A stretch of DNA of 62,194 nt, filler included, from Basidioascus undulatus (taxonomy: Eukaryota), in the NCBI GenBank assembly GCA_000826855.1. It is 14 parts of 14 records of this genome, joined end to end, with 100 filler letters (N's around TTAATTAATTAA, not from the genome) between each part and the next. Parts side by side here need not be neighbours in the genome. Positions count along the whole stretch, not along the records: positions 1 to 23,665 come from JTLS01000260.1; positions 23,766 to 26,643 come from JTLS01002606.1; 12 more parts are not named here. One strand, written 5' to 3'. The position numbers and the translations under genes were made by a program. The notes under the pieces were generated by a model. It was given only the letters and a program-made list of their open reading frames with translations, ran no database searches and was not told the DNA's origin. Position 1 is the first letter of the stretch, and every line of letters begins with the position of its first letter. Of the stretch, positions 12,120-23,958 are shown one piece after another.

Positions 12120-13584
12120 TCAAGAGTCTGTCCCTCCCCAGGCTCTTACGAGCTCCTCGTGCGCAACGAGTCGCTCGACCGCGCCTGCGTCCTCGCAGCG
12201 CTCGAGCGAGGCAAGGAAGGATTTAAAGTGCTTTGAGCGAAAGCTTTGAATGCTTGGTCCAGCATCAAGTCCCGGAAATTGTAGGCAGAGGAAGGGCAAG
12301 ATAATAACAATTGTGAGACGCACCAGCTCAGATCCGACTCTACAAACGAGCGCACATGCTGCTTGATCGTCGGTAACGTCGCGGTACCGCTGTATGTCGC
12401 ACAGAGGTCGAGGTACTCGGACGCAAGGCGCAGTGGAGGATGAGTAAATCCAGAAAAGAGGCTGACAACGCCTTTATCTTGTCAGCGTCGTGCCCCGTTA
12501 CTCAACGTGCTCAACGTGAAGAACGGATGAAGACCTACGCCGGGTTTCCCAACAGCGCCTCGCCCACCATGACCCCAGCCGCTCCCGTCTCCTCCAAATT
12601 ACGTCCGATATCCTCCCAGCACCGGACATTCCCGTTGCTGATCACCCGCACCCGATCTTCTCCCCACCCCTCTTCTCGGAGTGCGCGCGACACCTCACCC
12701 ACCCAGTTCAGCTTCGCGGGCCCTGCGCGCCGCCGTCGCTCAGCAACGTGGCGCGCGTGTAGGGTAATGCATGAGCTGCCAGATTGGGCGAGGAGGAGGG
12801 AGAGGGGAACGACGTCGGAGGAGAGGGAGGGGAGGCGGATCTTGCTGTGCACCGGGAGCGGAAGCGAGTGAGAGAGGGCGGAAACTGCCGAGATCAAGTC
12901 CTCAGCAGCAGGCTTTCGAGAGAAAGGCGATATTAATACTTACCTAATGATGAGACGAGCGGCCAGTCCTTCTTGCCTAGCAAGTACCCGCCGTAGTGTC
13001 CGTCCATGGCGCGCTTCTGTGGGCACCCGAGGTTCAAATCTGCCGCATCCCGTTCAGCCATCGTATTCTCCCCCTCAAGGGATGTTCATTCAAAGTCAAG
13101 TGGGTGTTTCTCTTACCTATGGCATCTACGTAGCCCACCAGCTTCCGCGCCGCCTGCACGAGTGCGTCCGGATCGTCGCCCGCGAGCTGCGCGACGACGG
13201 GTTCCCCAAGCGAGCGCGAGAACTCGAGATCGCGGAGATGGAAATTGAGGTATGCGGAGTCTGATAGGAGCGAGGAGGTGTGGTGCATTTGGGTATCTTG
13301 GTATATGAATGGGGGATACAGGATCGGATACAGGATCAGCATCGAAGGGAAGAACGCGAGGGGCGGCTTGGGACACACATGTGAGTGTCGCCCCGTATCT
13401 GCGGGTCAGGAGGCGGAAGGGAAGGTCTGATTGATTGACCTGATGTGAAGGAAGGTTTTCGGCAAAGGTTGGAAGTGAATGTGAGTAAGAGTTCTCGAAA
13501 GCCAGGCATTGTCTGAACAGTGCGTGCCATGGGTGCGGTACTGAGGGCGAGTGCCTCGAGCGGCAGTGGAGGAGCGATAGTCAT
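12120..13584 (-). CDS. DUS1: tRNA-dihydrouridine synthase (Dus1-like, FMN-linked), 7 exons
   Basis: APM|VNQSDLPFRLLTRRYGATLTYTQM, PVVAQLAGDDP, DAI|DLNLGCPQKRAMDGHYGGYLL, VHSKIRL, ITLHAR, VISNGNVR, GVMVGEALLGNP. Confidence 0.88.
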
Positions 13585-13799
13585 GATAGCCGGTCGATAT
13601 GCGAATTATTGGAGAATGATATCAGTTAGTTTCTATGGCTGTTCGCCGTGGGAGCAGGGTGATTAACGTGTGGGGAAGCTGAAGAGGGTGGTGGTGAGCG
13701 AAAGAGCGAAAATGAGAAACTGACTCGGACGCGTCGACGGCGCGAACTTGAGCCGCTGAGCCCCTTGCCTCCCTCCTTGCACCATCTGTCGCTCGCCTG
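13585..13799. promoter_or_regulatory. Short divergent intergenic region (putative bidirectional promoter) between DUS1-like and IRC3
   Basis: 215 bp separate the head-to-head ATGs at 13584 (-) and 13800 (+). Confidence 0.5.
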
Positions 13800-16494
13800 A
13801 TGCTCTGTCGTTCACTCCTCTCGAGGCTTCTGCGATCCCTCATAATAGCTCATAAACCCGCTCATCTGACGTATCAGCCGGTCCACTTGCCGCCATGGCG
13901 TAAGCTCAGCTCCGCGCCGCACGGCGCAGCGGTTGCAGTTGCTCCGAGTTCTAAGCCGGTACTTTCGAAGGAGCTGCCAACAGTGGTATTGAGACCATGT
14001 ATGTTTGATACTGTTCTGTACCTTCATAACCTTCTTGACGTCTAGGCTCTTCAGACCAAAAAGAAGCGATTGCTGCCGTCCTTGCCGCGCTCTCCCGCCC
14101 ACCTTCCGACGAATCCCCTATCCCGCCCACGCGCGTCGGTGTCTCCTCCCCAACCGGCTCAGGCAAGACGACGATGTTCGTCGAGCTCTCGCAGCAGATC
14201 CCTCCGCGTACGCCTCAAGCGCGGCAGACTCTCGTTATCGTCAACGGGATCGAGCTCGCGACTCAGGCAAAGGCGGCGTTTGAGCGGGGATGGAGGGGCG
14301 GCGAGGTGACGGTCGAGATCGATCAAGGCCAGCTGAACAAGGCCAGTGGCACGGCAAACGTGTAAGTGTGCTTATTTTGCTCTATGGTTCAAGCTTTCTT
14401 TGTCCGCGCTGACCCTCCAACCCTCCTTCTTGCGCTCCCTTTCGCTTCGTCTCGTAGGACCATCGCCACTTACCAGACGCTCCTGCGTCCAGACCGCCTT
14501 CGAGTCTACGACCCGTCCCGCTTTTGCGCCATCATCATCGACGAGGCGCACCACGCCGCTGCCAAGTCCTACATCAAAATCCTGCGACACTTCGACCGCT
14601 CCCTCCGATCGGTGGACGAGGGTGAGGAGCCTCCCGAAGTCCCGCTTGAAGAGCGCGTGCCTATCGTGGGCTTCTCGGCAACGTTCTCTCGACATGACGG
14701 AATGGCCCTTGGGAAGGTCTTCCAGGAGATCGTCTATCACAAGGTGCGTAACGACTTCCATTTCGAAGAAGGAAGATGCTGATGTCCCGCGAGGCGACAG
14801 GACTTCCTTGATATGATCAACGAGAAATGGTCGCGTCGCATGTTAGCGCTACTCCCTAGACGTCCCTTTAACTCTTGATGGGGTATTAGGCTTTGCGAAG
14901 TCGTGTTCACCACCGTCCAGACCGACATAGACCTCTCCTCCATCACGCTCTCCTCCAGCACTGGCGACTACAATCCCACATCTCTCTCCGGCGTCGTCAA
15001 CACCCCCGCCGTACGGCGTGTCGTCCTTGCCGCTTACCTCGACCGATGTCGTGCGTTTGTCGGCTCCTAATACCACTTGCCCTGACGAGCGGAGGCTGAT
15101 GACGAAACCGACAGGCGATCGAAAGTCGACGCTCGTCTTTTGCGCCGACCTCGCGCATGTTCGTGACCTAACGGACGAATTTCGGCGATCGGGGATTGAT
15201 GCCCGATATCTTCACGCTGGGACCCCCGCGAAGGAGCGGAAGGAGCTGCTGGAGGCGTTTAGGCAGCGAGACTTCCCCGTCCTGCTCAACTGTGGTACAC
15301 AATCTTTTCGCAACGATTGGAAGCTTCCGCTAAGTGCGACCGTCCCAACGAACAGCAATTCTGACCGAGGGTGCCGACATCCCTGGAGTCGACTGCGTCA
15401 TCCTCGCGTTTGTGGATTACCATCCCCTTCCTCAACCTGTGCTTGGCTGAGATCTTCATGTTTGCACGCTCCTGCAGGCGACCGACCCGGTCTCGCAACC
15501 TCTTTTCGCAGATGATCGGCCGCGGCATGCGTCTCGCGCCAGGCAAGGCTAACTGCCTCATGATCGATATCGCGTCTTCGCTCGAACGCGTCGGCAATGA
15601 ACTTTCCACGGGGCCTGCACTCGAAGGTCTCGATCCCGATGTCCTCCCTCCGCTGGGTTTGTTGTTTTCTTGCGAAGCCGTTTGCCCTTGCGACGCGCTG
15701 ACTGTTGCTGTGATGGACGCTACGCAGAATCTATCACTAGCCATCCGCTCCTCGTGCAGGACGACGGTCCAGACGTGCCCGATGCAACCGAGGTCACCTA
15801 CACGGATTTTTCGAGCCCGGCCGAGCTGCTGAAAGCGTTGGCGGGCAACGATGCGAACGCTCGGGCCTTCAGCGTTAACGCGTGGGTCGACTGCGGCAAG
15901 GGCCTGTACGTGCTCGACTTGTGCGGGTCCGGTACGGTCCGGCTGGAAAGAACCGACGGTACGTAGTGCTGATGAATGTTGGATGTCATAAATTGAGAAG
16001 AGGTGAGTGCTGACGCGAGTGTGCGGTTATTCACAGACGGCACGTACAATGGATTCTTCAGACCTCCAAATTACTCTAAGGACGAAGCGCTGGCGGCGGG
16101 TGCGAGTCCCTTCCGCCGGCCTATCAAGATCCTCTCCTCGACGCCTTTCAGCACCGCCCTCCGCGCCTGCGACACGTTCGCATCGAGCAAGGTCGACTCC
16201 GCCGGGCGCCCAGCACCGATGCTTCATCGCAACGCGCGCTGGCGCCAGGCGCCCGCGTCCGCAGGCCAGCTCAAAGTGCTCACCAAGCGGTTGAAGCGGG
16301 AGCTGGAGGAATTGGAAGCCGAAGGACTGACCAAGGGCGAGGCGGCGAACGCGCTCACGCGCTTGACGAGCGGCGGGAAAACAAGGATGGAGAAGGAGGC
16401 GAAGGAGGCGATGCGGGAGGCGGAGAAGAGAGAGAAGACGCGGCAGAAGAAGGAAAGGACTCGGGTAAGGGTGGGCAAGTTGGACAGTGAGTGA
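13800..16494 (+). CDS. IRC3: Mitochondrial SF2 DNA helicase Irc3 (DEAH-type)
   Basis: Presequence-like N-terminus; LRP|YQKEAI Q-motif; [67 protein letters not shown]-terminal [13 protein letters not shown]. Confidence 0.92.
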
Positions 16495-16695
16495 TCGCTA
16501 GGTCTGAGGGGCAGACAGATGTAGACGGACGTTTTGCATTGCATGATACCCCTTCTGCTTCAAGCCTGAGCTATCGCTGTGAGCGCAAGAAAGTCGCCGA
16601 CAGCAAGGATCGTCAACTTTCGCACCGCGGCTTTACGCTGTCGTCTGACCCAATTCTTTCAATAGGAAGGATCTCGGCCCAAAGGCCCAGCAATA

Positions 16696-16740
16696 GCATA
16701 AATATAGATCAATAATGCATAAATATAGATCAATAATGCA
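16696..16740. repeat. Perfect 21-bp tandem duplication GCATAAATATAGATCAATAAT (x2, plus GCA)
   Basis: Copies at 16696-16716 and 16717-16737. Confidence 0.9.
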
Positions 16741-17201
16741 GTAATCTTGCGCCTCCACAGGGCTCGGAAAGTCGGAAACCAACACGCCGACATGCCGCCT
16801 ATACGGGATGTGTCCAAGCCTATTGCAACTTCTTCATTATGCGAAGTATTTTGATTGATCCTTTGCCATCTTGAAGAAAGCATCAGAACTCCCTGTAGTG
16901 GGGGGTCCTGCGGTGACACCATTTGCCAGCCATGAACTGAGCCACTTGAGGCTCATCTTCATACGAAACGTGTCCTTTCCACCTGCTCACCTTTAGAAAT
17001 TCTCGCGTTATTCCCAAATATGCCAAAGTCTTTAGGCAGCCCATTGGATAGCCTGCCGCACGGTCTGAACCTCTCCGCGAAACCGCGGACATACAGGCCT
17101 CGCAATCCAGATGTGCACCTGATTCCATGGAAGACTTCTCAGGGGGCAGCATCATCATCACGATATTGTGAACTCAGATGGTTACGTGTTTAGTGTAACG
17201 T

Positions 17202-18336
17202 CTAGAACGATGCTAATCCCGCCGCTCGCATCCAGCAAGGGCGAGTCTCTGCACTCCGGGCGACCCACACGCCGGTGTTAGCCGTGCGTTGCTCGCTCTA
17301 ATTGAGGAAATCGAGACTCAACGGAGACTTCAATGAAAGCCCATACTTAAGGTTCTTGAGCATTACAAATGACGGCACGATGCTTAGCCTAGTCTCGTAG
17401 AGGCGCGCCGTGTGCAGCTTGAAGTCGAACGGTCCTCCTCCCCTGCCCGCCACAATGCTTCCTGTCGCGCGAACCGTTGCGCCTTCTCCAGCTACTAGAA
17501 TGAGTCCCATACAGGGGTCCCAAATTGCCAAAGAGTTCGGATACGGCTTGGGCGCATAGCCGGAGACGGTTGAGGTTGGGGGCGCTGCAACGTAGGAGTG
17601 CCAGATGCGTTGTTGAGCGATGAACTCGTGGGCCGCCCGCTCAGGCCAGTAGAGCGTGGTCCATTAGGTAAAAGAGGGAAAGTAGATCTCGACCCTGAAA
17701 GCCGAGGCGTTTGTCGATGCGGGCGATGGCGGCGGGGGAGGGATGGTGATGGAGGAGCTTGCATCAAGGGCGAGAGGGCGATGGGAAAAGGATTGCGCTT
17801 TGGCTCGATTGAGGAGCTGAAGTGATGTATTTAAGGCTTTGATGATTATTGATTTGCGTAGAGACTTGAGGTACTCCTTCTCAGAGGTTGAGAGAGAAGG
17901 AACTGAGCAGAGGATCGTCTGCAATTGTGCGAAGCGGTTGTCAACTTCGGTAATTTCAGCCGAGCGCCCAGTAACCTTCGTCCTGTTCCTGTTCCAACTC
18001 CATGAAGAGGCAGTAAAGCGGACCGTTGCTGTTGATACGGAACTTCTGGCATAGCCGGGCAAAGTCGAGGCCCTTGGCCGTGCAGCGCGCCTGGTATGCC
18101 TTGAGCGTCTCTACCCCCGCAGCGCGATCTGCGAAAGGATTGCAGACAAGGTCGTAGAGGGTGGCTTTGACGGCCGACCTTAGCCTGTCCACCTCGCGGG
18201 CATATTGGCGCTTTTTATGGAGATGGACCAGCAGGGGGGAAGCAGGGACGCTGCTGATTCCAGAGCGGGAGGCAGCTGGGGTGGGGAGAGACACCACTGC
18301 CACAGTCTGTTCGAACTTTACTTCGCAGAGCTTCAT
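17202..18336 (-). pseudogene. Disrupted gene resembling an uncharacterised basidiomycete protein family
   Basis: ORF 17956-18336 continues in another frame (17664-18062), then through an in-frame TAA at 17664-17666 into WTTLYWPERAAHEFIAQQRIWH and ORF 17298-17531. Family resemblance is from memory only. Confidence 0.6.
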
Positions 18337-18950
18337 GCGTGTGTTTTACAGTTTCCTCTGAAAGACTGATCCCGCGGCATTCTTACATACTCTAACCCTC
18401 TTTTGATATTTCTTCCGCCTTGCCGATACAAATATGCATGAGCACATCGATGCAGCGTTTCCTGGCATCCCTGACATCCCCATGGCGGTCGGTGAATCGC
18501 GAGACGGTGTTCATTCTTGTAGTGTGCAAGAGGTGGTAAGATTTCTTACTTTGCGATGAGGCTGAGGGAAGCTGGTGGTTGCACTTGCCGATGGCGCAGT
18601 ACTTGCCTGCATGATGCATGCGTCCCTCCCAGCACCGGCGTTGAAGATCGGCGGAATCTGCTCGCTGTGGCGGATGCTACCCTTGCGTGAGTCTTTATGT
18701 AAATCAACCTGGACGACCGCGCGGCATTCAGGTATCGCTGGGAGACGTCGCTGCCATTTTTCTTTAAGCCACGCCTCATCAACAGGCAGCAACGGCCGTT
18801 CACGCTGCGTGACGCTCTTCGCCCGAGGTACTGAAGATCGACAAACGAAGACGCTCAAATCTCTGGCACTACCGCCAGCATCTGCTTCTCCCACATACTT
18901 CGCTTACATCTCGGCTCGGCATTGAATTTTCTCGACCACCTAATATCCAC

Positions 18951-21132
18951 ATGGCCTCTGCTCACGCTCCCGACAGCGTCGGCACAGCTGCGCTAGAACA
19001 GCAGCAGCAACAGGCGCAACTCTCCTCATCCCCCAAGCGTCCCCCTCGGTGTCCACGGAAACGGCCGGCAAGGGTTCCCTCTCTGGGAGCGAGAGTGCCG
19101 CCTCGAGTGACGAGTCGTTCGACGGCCTCACGCTCGCTGAGCGGAAGGGCGTGCTCGTTAATAGAGCTTTGGACGATATGGGAATGGGTCGGTACCAATG
19201 GTAGGCTCCGATCCACTGCATTCCACAGGCACAGGCTGATTGACATACATACCGGTCGCAGGTACATGTTTGCGCGTTGTGGATTCGGGTACACAGTGGA
19301 TCTGCTGTGGGCGCAGGCGCTGGGACTAATCGCACCGCGCGGTTTGTCCTGCGTTCTTCCATCGCTGTTGGCAACCATTCTAATCATTGGTACGATGTAT
19401 AGTCCAGATCGAACTGACAATTCCAGACGTTTAGTACGGCAACATCTTCACGGCATTCTCGACTGGCTTGACGGTCGGCGCATTCACATGGGGACTCTTG
19501 GTGGACATTGTTGGTGCGTGTTTTGCGATCACCGAGTACTCAGATAAACAGCGGCAGTCTCGCCTGACTTCGACGCACCAGGTCGACGTTGGGCGTTCAA
19601 CCTCACAATCCTGATCGCATCCGTCTTTGGACTCACTCTCGGTGCTCGAGCAACTGGGAGGACATTCGAGTTATTTCAGCTTTCACGGGTTTTGGTGTCG
19701 GTGTATGTGATTCAGCGCTGTCTGCAGTTTGCCAGCCTGAGCTTCCTAGCTGAACGCGTTAAACGTGAGCAGGGCCAAATCCCGACGGATGCCACGATCT
19801 TTCTTGATTTCCTCCCAACTTAATTTTACTTGGATATTAGATAGCATTGAAGCTGGCATGCGGGCGCTTAGTTTGATGGGGGCTGCTGCAGGAGAAGCGC
19901 TACCTGCTCTGCATCCTATCCATCTTCCAGCCAATCGACAGCATATTCGCTAGCCTGATATCCTGGGGTTTCGTACCAAAGTACTCCTGCTCTTGTACTC
20001 TCCAAGAGGCAATGGCGGGCGCGCGGGGCAGCGACCAGGCAGCGATCGACGTCGTGCAGCAGATCGTGCGTTTCAACCGTACAACCGTGGAGCTTTCGCA
20101 CGAAGACTTCCTCCCCCTTGGCCAGCACGCCCATTCAAATGGAGATTCCCCAGATACGTAAAGGCCACCGGGGCCGTGCGCAGCTGGCGAGCGACTCTGT
20201 CGGGCCGCGCAAAGACTCTAAAAGTCTACCACCTCAGGGCTCTTCCAAAACTTCACGTACGGCGTCTTCAGTCCACTTTGGTGGGCAGTTGGCTCAGCCC
20301 TTTTTCCAACAGTATGGCGCGTCTCACGACGCTCACCTGGCTGTGTTACGCGGCCGACTTATGGTAACATTTTCGCTGTCACACTTTCACGATCTCGACA
20401 GCCAGGCTGAACAAGTCCACTCCACCACAGGGGCTTCACTATTGCCGGTTCTTTCTTGCCCCAAATCCTCGCACGAAAGAATGCTGTGGCGGACCTTTCG
20501 AATTACAGAGTATCGTAACTAGTACGTCTGTCTGGTAGCACGACCTTGCGTGCCGTTCGAAGCACTCAATCTCTGATTTCACAGCATCATCATCTCCTGC
20601 TCTGGCGTGCCGGTGTCCTCCTCGGCGCAGCAATGATGGAGGTGCCTGTCTTTGGGCGGAAATACGCGATGGTGATCTCGTTGCTCCTCATGGCTGTCTC
20701 GCTCTTTCTGTTCGCCGTCATCGACAGCCCCAAGGCGAACCTCGGCTTCAACTGGTATGCGCTCAGTTATTTTCGTGCCGGATGCGTATTTGGAGTTAAC
20801 CTTATCGATTCTTTTAGAAGGGAATATTTCTTCCAGTCGACCTTCAATGCCATCCTCTATGCCTGGGCTCCTGAAGCGTTCTCCGCTGCGATACGAGGTG
20901 AGTCCACAGAGTATTTTCATCGCTACTCACTGATGAAGGCCACTTTTCAGGGAGTGCTGTCGGCATCGCTAGCACCTGGGGCTGTCTTTCATCGATCGTG
21001 ACCCCCTTGCCGGCCACGCATCTTCTTTCCGGCAGCGGCAACGGGGTGCTTTATCTCGGAGGCGGCGGCACGCTCGTCTGCACGGTCACGGCGCTCTTTC
21101 TGCCTGACACCCGCATCCTACGTGCTTATTAA
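18951..21132 (+). pseudogene. MFS transporter (SV2/SVOP-like) pseudogene
   Basis: VNRALDDMGMGRYQW, CGFGYTVDLLWAQALG, GAFTWGLLVDIV-GRRWAFNLT, GQIPTDATIFLDFLP, LSIFQPI, FGRKYAM, FQSTFNAILYAWAPEAF. Lesions: frameshift at about 19647, lost donor/stop at about 19821, TAA 20159-20161, apparent internal deletion at about 20020. Confidence 0.85.
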
Positions 21133-21343
21133 GGACTAGTTATTGCAGTCTCTTAGAATGTACGGATTGGGATTGGTCCTTCCATTTGCTTTACCGGTGA
21201 GGCGTAGGTTTGAGCGTAGCCCGGACGCAGAACAGCCACCGTGCTGTCGCCTGCAAACTCCATAATTGAATCGATGGATCACTGCAACAAGTTGTTTGAT
21301 CAAGACTCGCAATGCCTGTGGCCCCTCCGTTCGCTCATCCACC

Positions 21344-23665
21344 TCACGCCCCTTCCGCCTCCTGCCGCCTGCGCTTCTGCGCCGCCTTCTCCCGCTTCGC
21401 CTCGAACTCGTGCCATTCGCCGCCGAGTTGCGCCAGCCTGATCAAGATGTGAACGTCAGCATGCGATTGCGAGCGACAGACGGACAGAGAGGAAGACGTA
21501 CTGCGTCGGCCGCTGCGGGGGAGGCAGCTCAGACGTAAAGTACGGCATCTGGAGCGCGTCGAAAGCCGAGATTCGGCGTTTGGGGTCGTAGCAGAGCAGT
21601 GCCTGAGCGAGGTCGAGGCCGGCGGGCGAGAGCCATCTGCGGGACGGAAGACGGGCAACGGGTAAGCTACGTGGACGCAAAGGCATCGGAGCAGCAGCCA
21701 GGACGTACTTGCGGAACGTATCTCTCAAGCGTGCGTGGATGACTTCGCGCGGTCGGACGAGCTCGTACCACGGCATGTCGAGCATGCCGGGCCAGTCCTC
21801 GGGCGTCGGCGTGCCCAGGAGCTTGTGGATGACCTCGAGCTGGTGGATCTCGTTGTCGCCCTGGAAGACGGGCTTGGTCGTGAAGAGCTCGAGCATGATG
21901 CACCTGTGATCATATGCCTGGTAAGGATCTTATTCGAAACTTGTGCGAGGGGGTTGAAAAGGTCAACTCACCCGGCGCTCCACATGTCCACCTCCGCCCC
22001 GTACTCAGTCGCGCCAAGGAGCAGCTCCGGCGGACGGTACCACAGCGTGATGACGCGGTTCGTGTAGTCCGCGCGCCGACGCTTCTGGTAGAAGCGCGCA
22101 AGGCCGAAGTCGGCGAGTTTGAGCTCGCCGCGGTTCGAGATGAGGATGTTGGAGCCCTTCATGTCGCGGTGGAGGACGCCGCGGTGGTGGAGGTACGCGA
22201 GGCCGGAGAGCATCTGCGCGCAGAGCGATTTGAGGTTCGCGGGCGTGAAGGCGGCCTTGTGCTGCTGCAGGACGCCCGTGAGGTCGTGGTCCATGTACTC
22301 GAAGACCATGTAGACCGAGCCTACGGGAACAATGAAGTCAGCGACCGCCGCGCAACTATGTCATGAACAAAGAGCGCACCCTTGGAGACCATCATCTCGT
22401 GCAGCCGTACGATGTTCTCGTGCCGAAGCGCCTGGAGGAGCTTGATCTCGCGCATCGCGGTGACGGGGAAGCCGTCCTTCTCCTGCTCCATGCGGATCCG
22501 CTTGAGCGCGACGAATGCGCCCGTGTCGACATTGCGCGCCTTATAGACCTTGCCATACGTCCCCTCGCCGACCTGCCCGAGCCGTTCGTACACCTCGCCC
22601 GCCGGCAGGCCGGGCGGCCGAAGCGCGGGGTGCGGCGTGGGCGCGGGCTCCTCGGTCACCTGTAGCTCGTCCTCATCTTCATCGTCGTCGAGGATCGTGT
22701 GTACCACAGGGCCAGCAGGGGCGAAGACAGGTGTCGACTCGGCGGTTGGCCCGGCTGAGACGGACAGTGGGGGCGCGGACGCAGGCGGCTCGGTAGGGGT
22801 TGGAGGAGCGGGCTGCGGTGCTGGCTCGGGCTCGACCTCGGTGACCATGAGCTCGTCCTCGCCATCGCTCGACACGTGTGCAGCGGGTGACTCGACCGAC
22901 GGCTGGAAGACGTGGGGATAAGGCGGTTCTTTGGGTGGTTGACGGGGAGGAGGAGTCGTTCCATGCAGCGGTGAGAGCTCGCGCGGAGGCGGGGTGATTT
23001 CGCGAGGGCGAGGCGGGGCAGGGCTGGCCTCGGGTTGCGACGTCGAGCGGCTGAAGCTGGGACTCGGCATCCCCGACGAGCTGCGGACGAGGTCGCGCAT
23101 GGCCCGAGGCGCACTCGGCAGAGGGCGGCTGTCGAAGTCGCGTGCCGGTGCAGGTGCAGGGGTCGTCGTTGGGGGAGGCTGGCGAGGCGGTGCAGGAGGG
23201 GGGTGGGAGGAAGGCCGACGCTGAGGTTCGGCACTGCCTTGTGCAGGCTGGATGTCGTCCTCCTCGTCGCCCGGGAACATCTTGCGCAGCTGCGCGCTCT
23301 GTGCAGTACGGGAGCGGAATCCGGTCGCGGGTTGCGGAGCTGCGACGCCGATCGGACGCCAGCCGCCGCGCACAGGCTGAGGCGGCTCTGCAGGCGGCGG
23401 CGCAGCGGCGACGGGCGGCGGCGCCGACGCACTTGGGGGACCGAAGCGTGGCCCTGTCGGCGGACCGCCATGCGCGGATCGAGGACCGGTCGGCGCGAAG
23501 CCGATGTCGGCGGCTTCGCGCATCGCGCGCGGAACCGTGGGGAGGAGGTTCGGATTGCCGGGTCCGGACAAGTGTGGCGGAGGTGGCCGGTGGCCGGCGG
23601 GCGGTTGCTGAAGACGATCGGGGTGCATGTACGGCTGCGCTCTGCCGCCGCCGCCGTTGCGCGCG
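21344..23665 (-). CDS. CTK1: RNA polymerase II CTD kinase Ctk1/CDK12-like, 5'-partial, with Pro-rich N-terminal region
   Basis: [65 protein letters not shown]-terminal GEWHEFEAK; stop at 21344. Confidence 0.93.
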
Positions 23666-23765
23666 NNNNNNNNNNNNNNNNNNNNNNNNNNNNNNNNNNN
23701 NNNNNNNNNTTAATTAATTAANNNNNNNNNNNNNNNNNNNNNNNNNNNNNNNNNNNNNNNNNNNN
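23666..23765. other. Artificial contig spacer (N44-TTAATTAATTAA-N44)
   Basis: Six-frame stop linker within N runs. Confidence 0.99.
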
Positions 23766-23776
23766 CCGTGCGACAG

Positions 23777-23958
23777 TCTACTGGTCGCACTTCACACAAA
23801 TCGTGCACCTCTCGCTCGAGGGCCATTGGAACAGCCTCTTCGCGCACTTTGTCGCCTTCGGGCGCGAGTTTGACCTCGTCGACCCGCGCGACGTCGTCGG
23901 CAGCGGCGTCGGCGAGCTCGTGCGCGCGTGGGGGGAGATGGGAACGCTGGAGGGCTGA
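23777..23958 (+). CDS. MOB2: MOB kinase activator (Mob2-like), last exon
   Basis: After a CAG acceptor: YWSHFTQIVHLSLEGHWNSLFAHFVAFGREFDLVDPRDV...WGEMGTLEG*, matching the Mob2 C-terminus. Not in the ORF track. Confidence 0.85.

Noticed and set aside
12936..12946. ATACTTACCT resembling the U1 snRNA 5' end
   Set aside because: It is the reverse complement of a GTAAGTAT donor in the DUS gene, and no U1 body follows.
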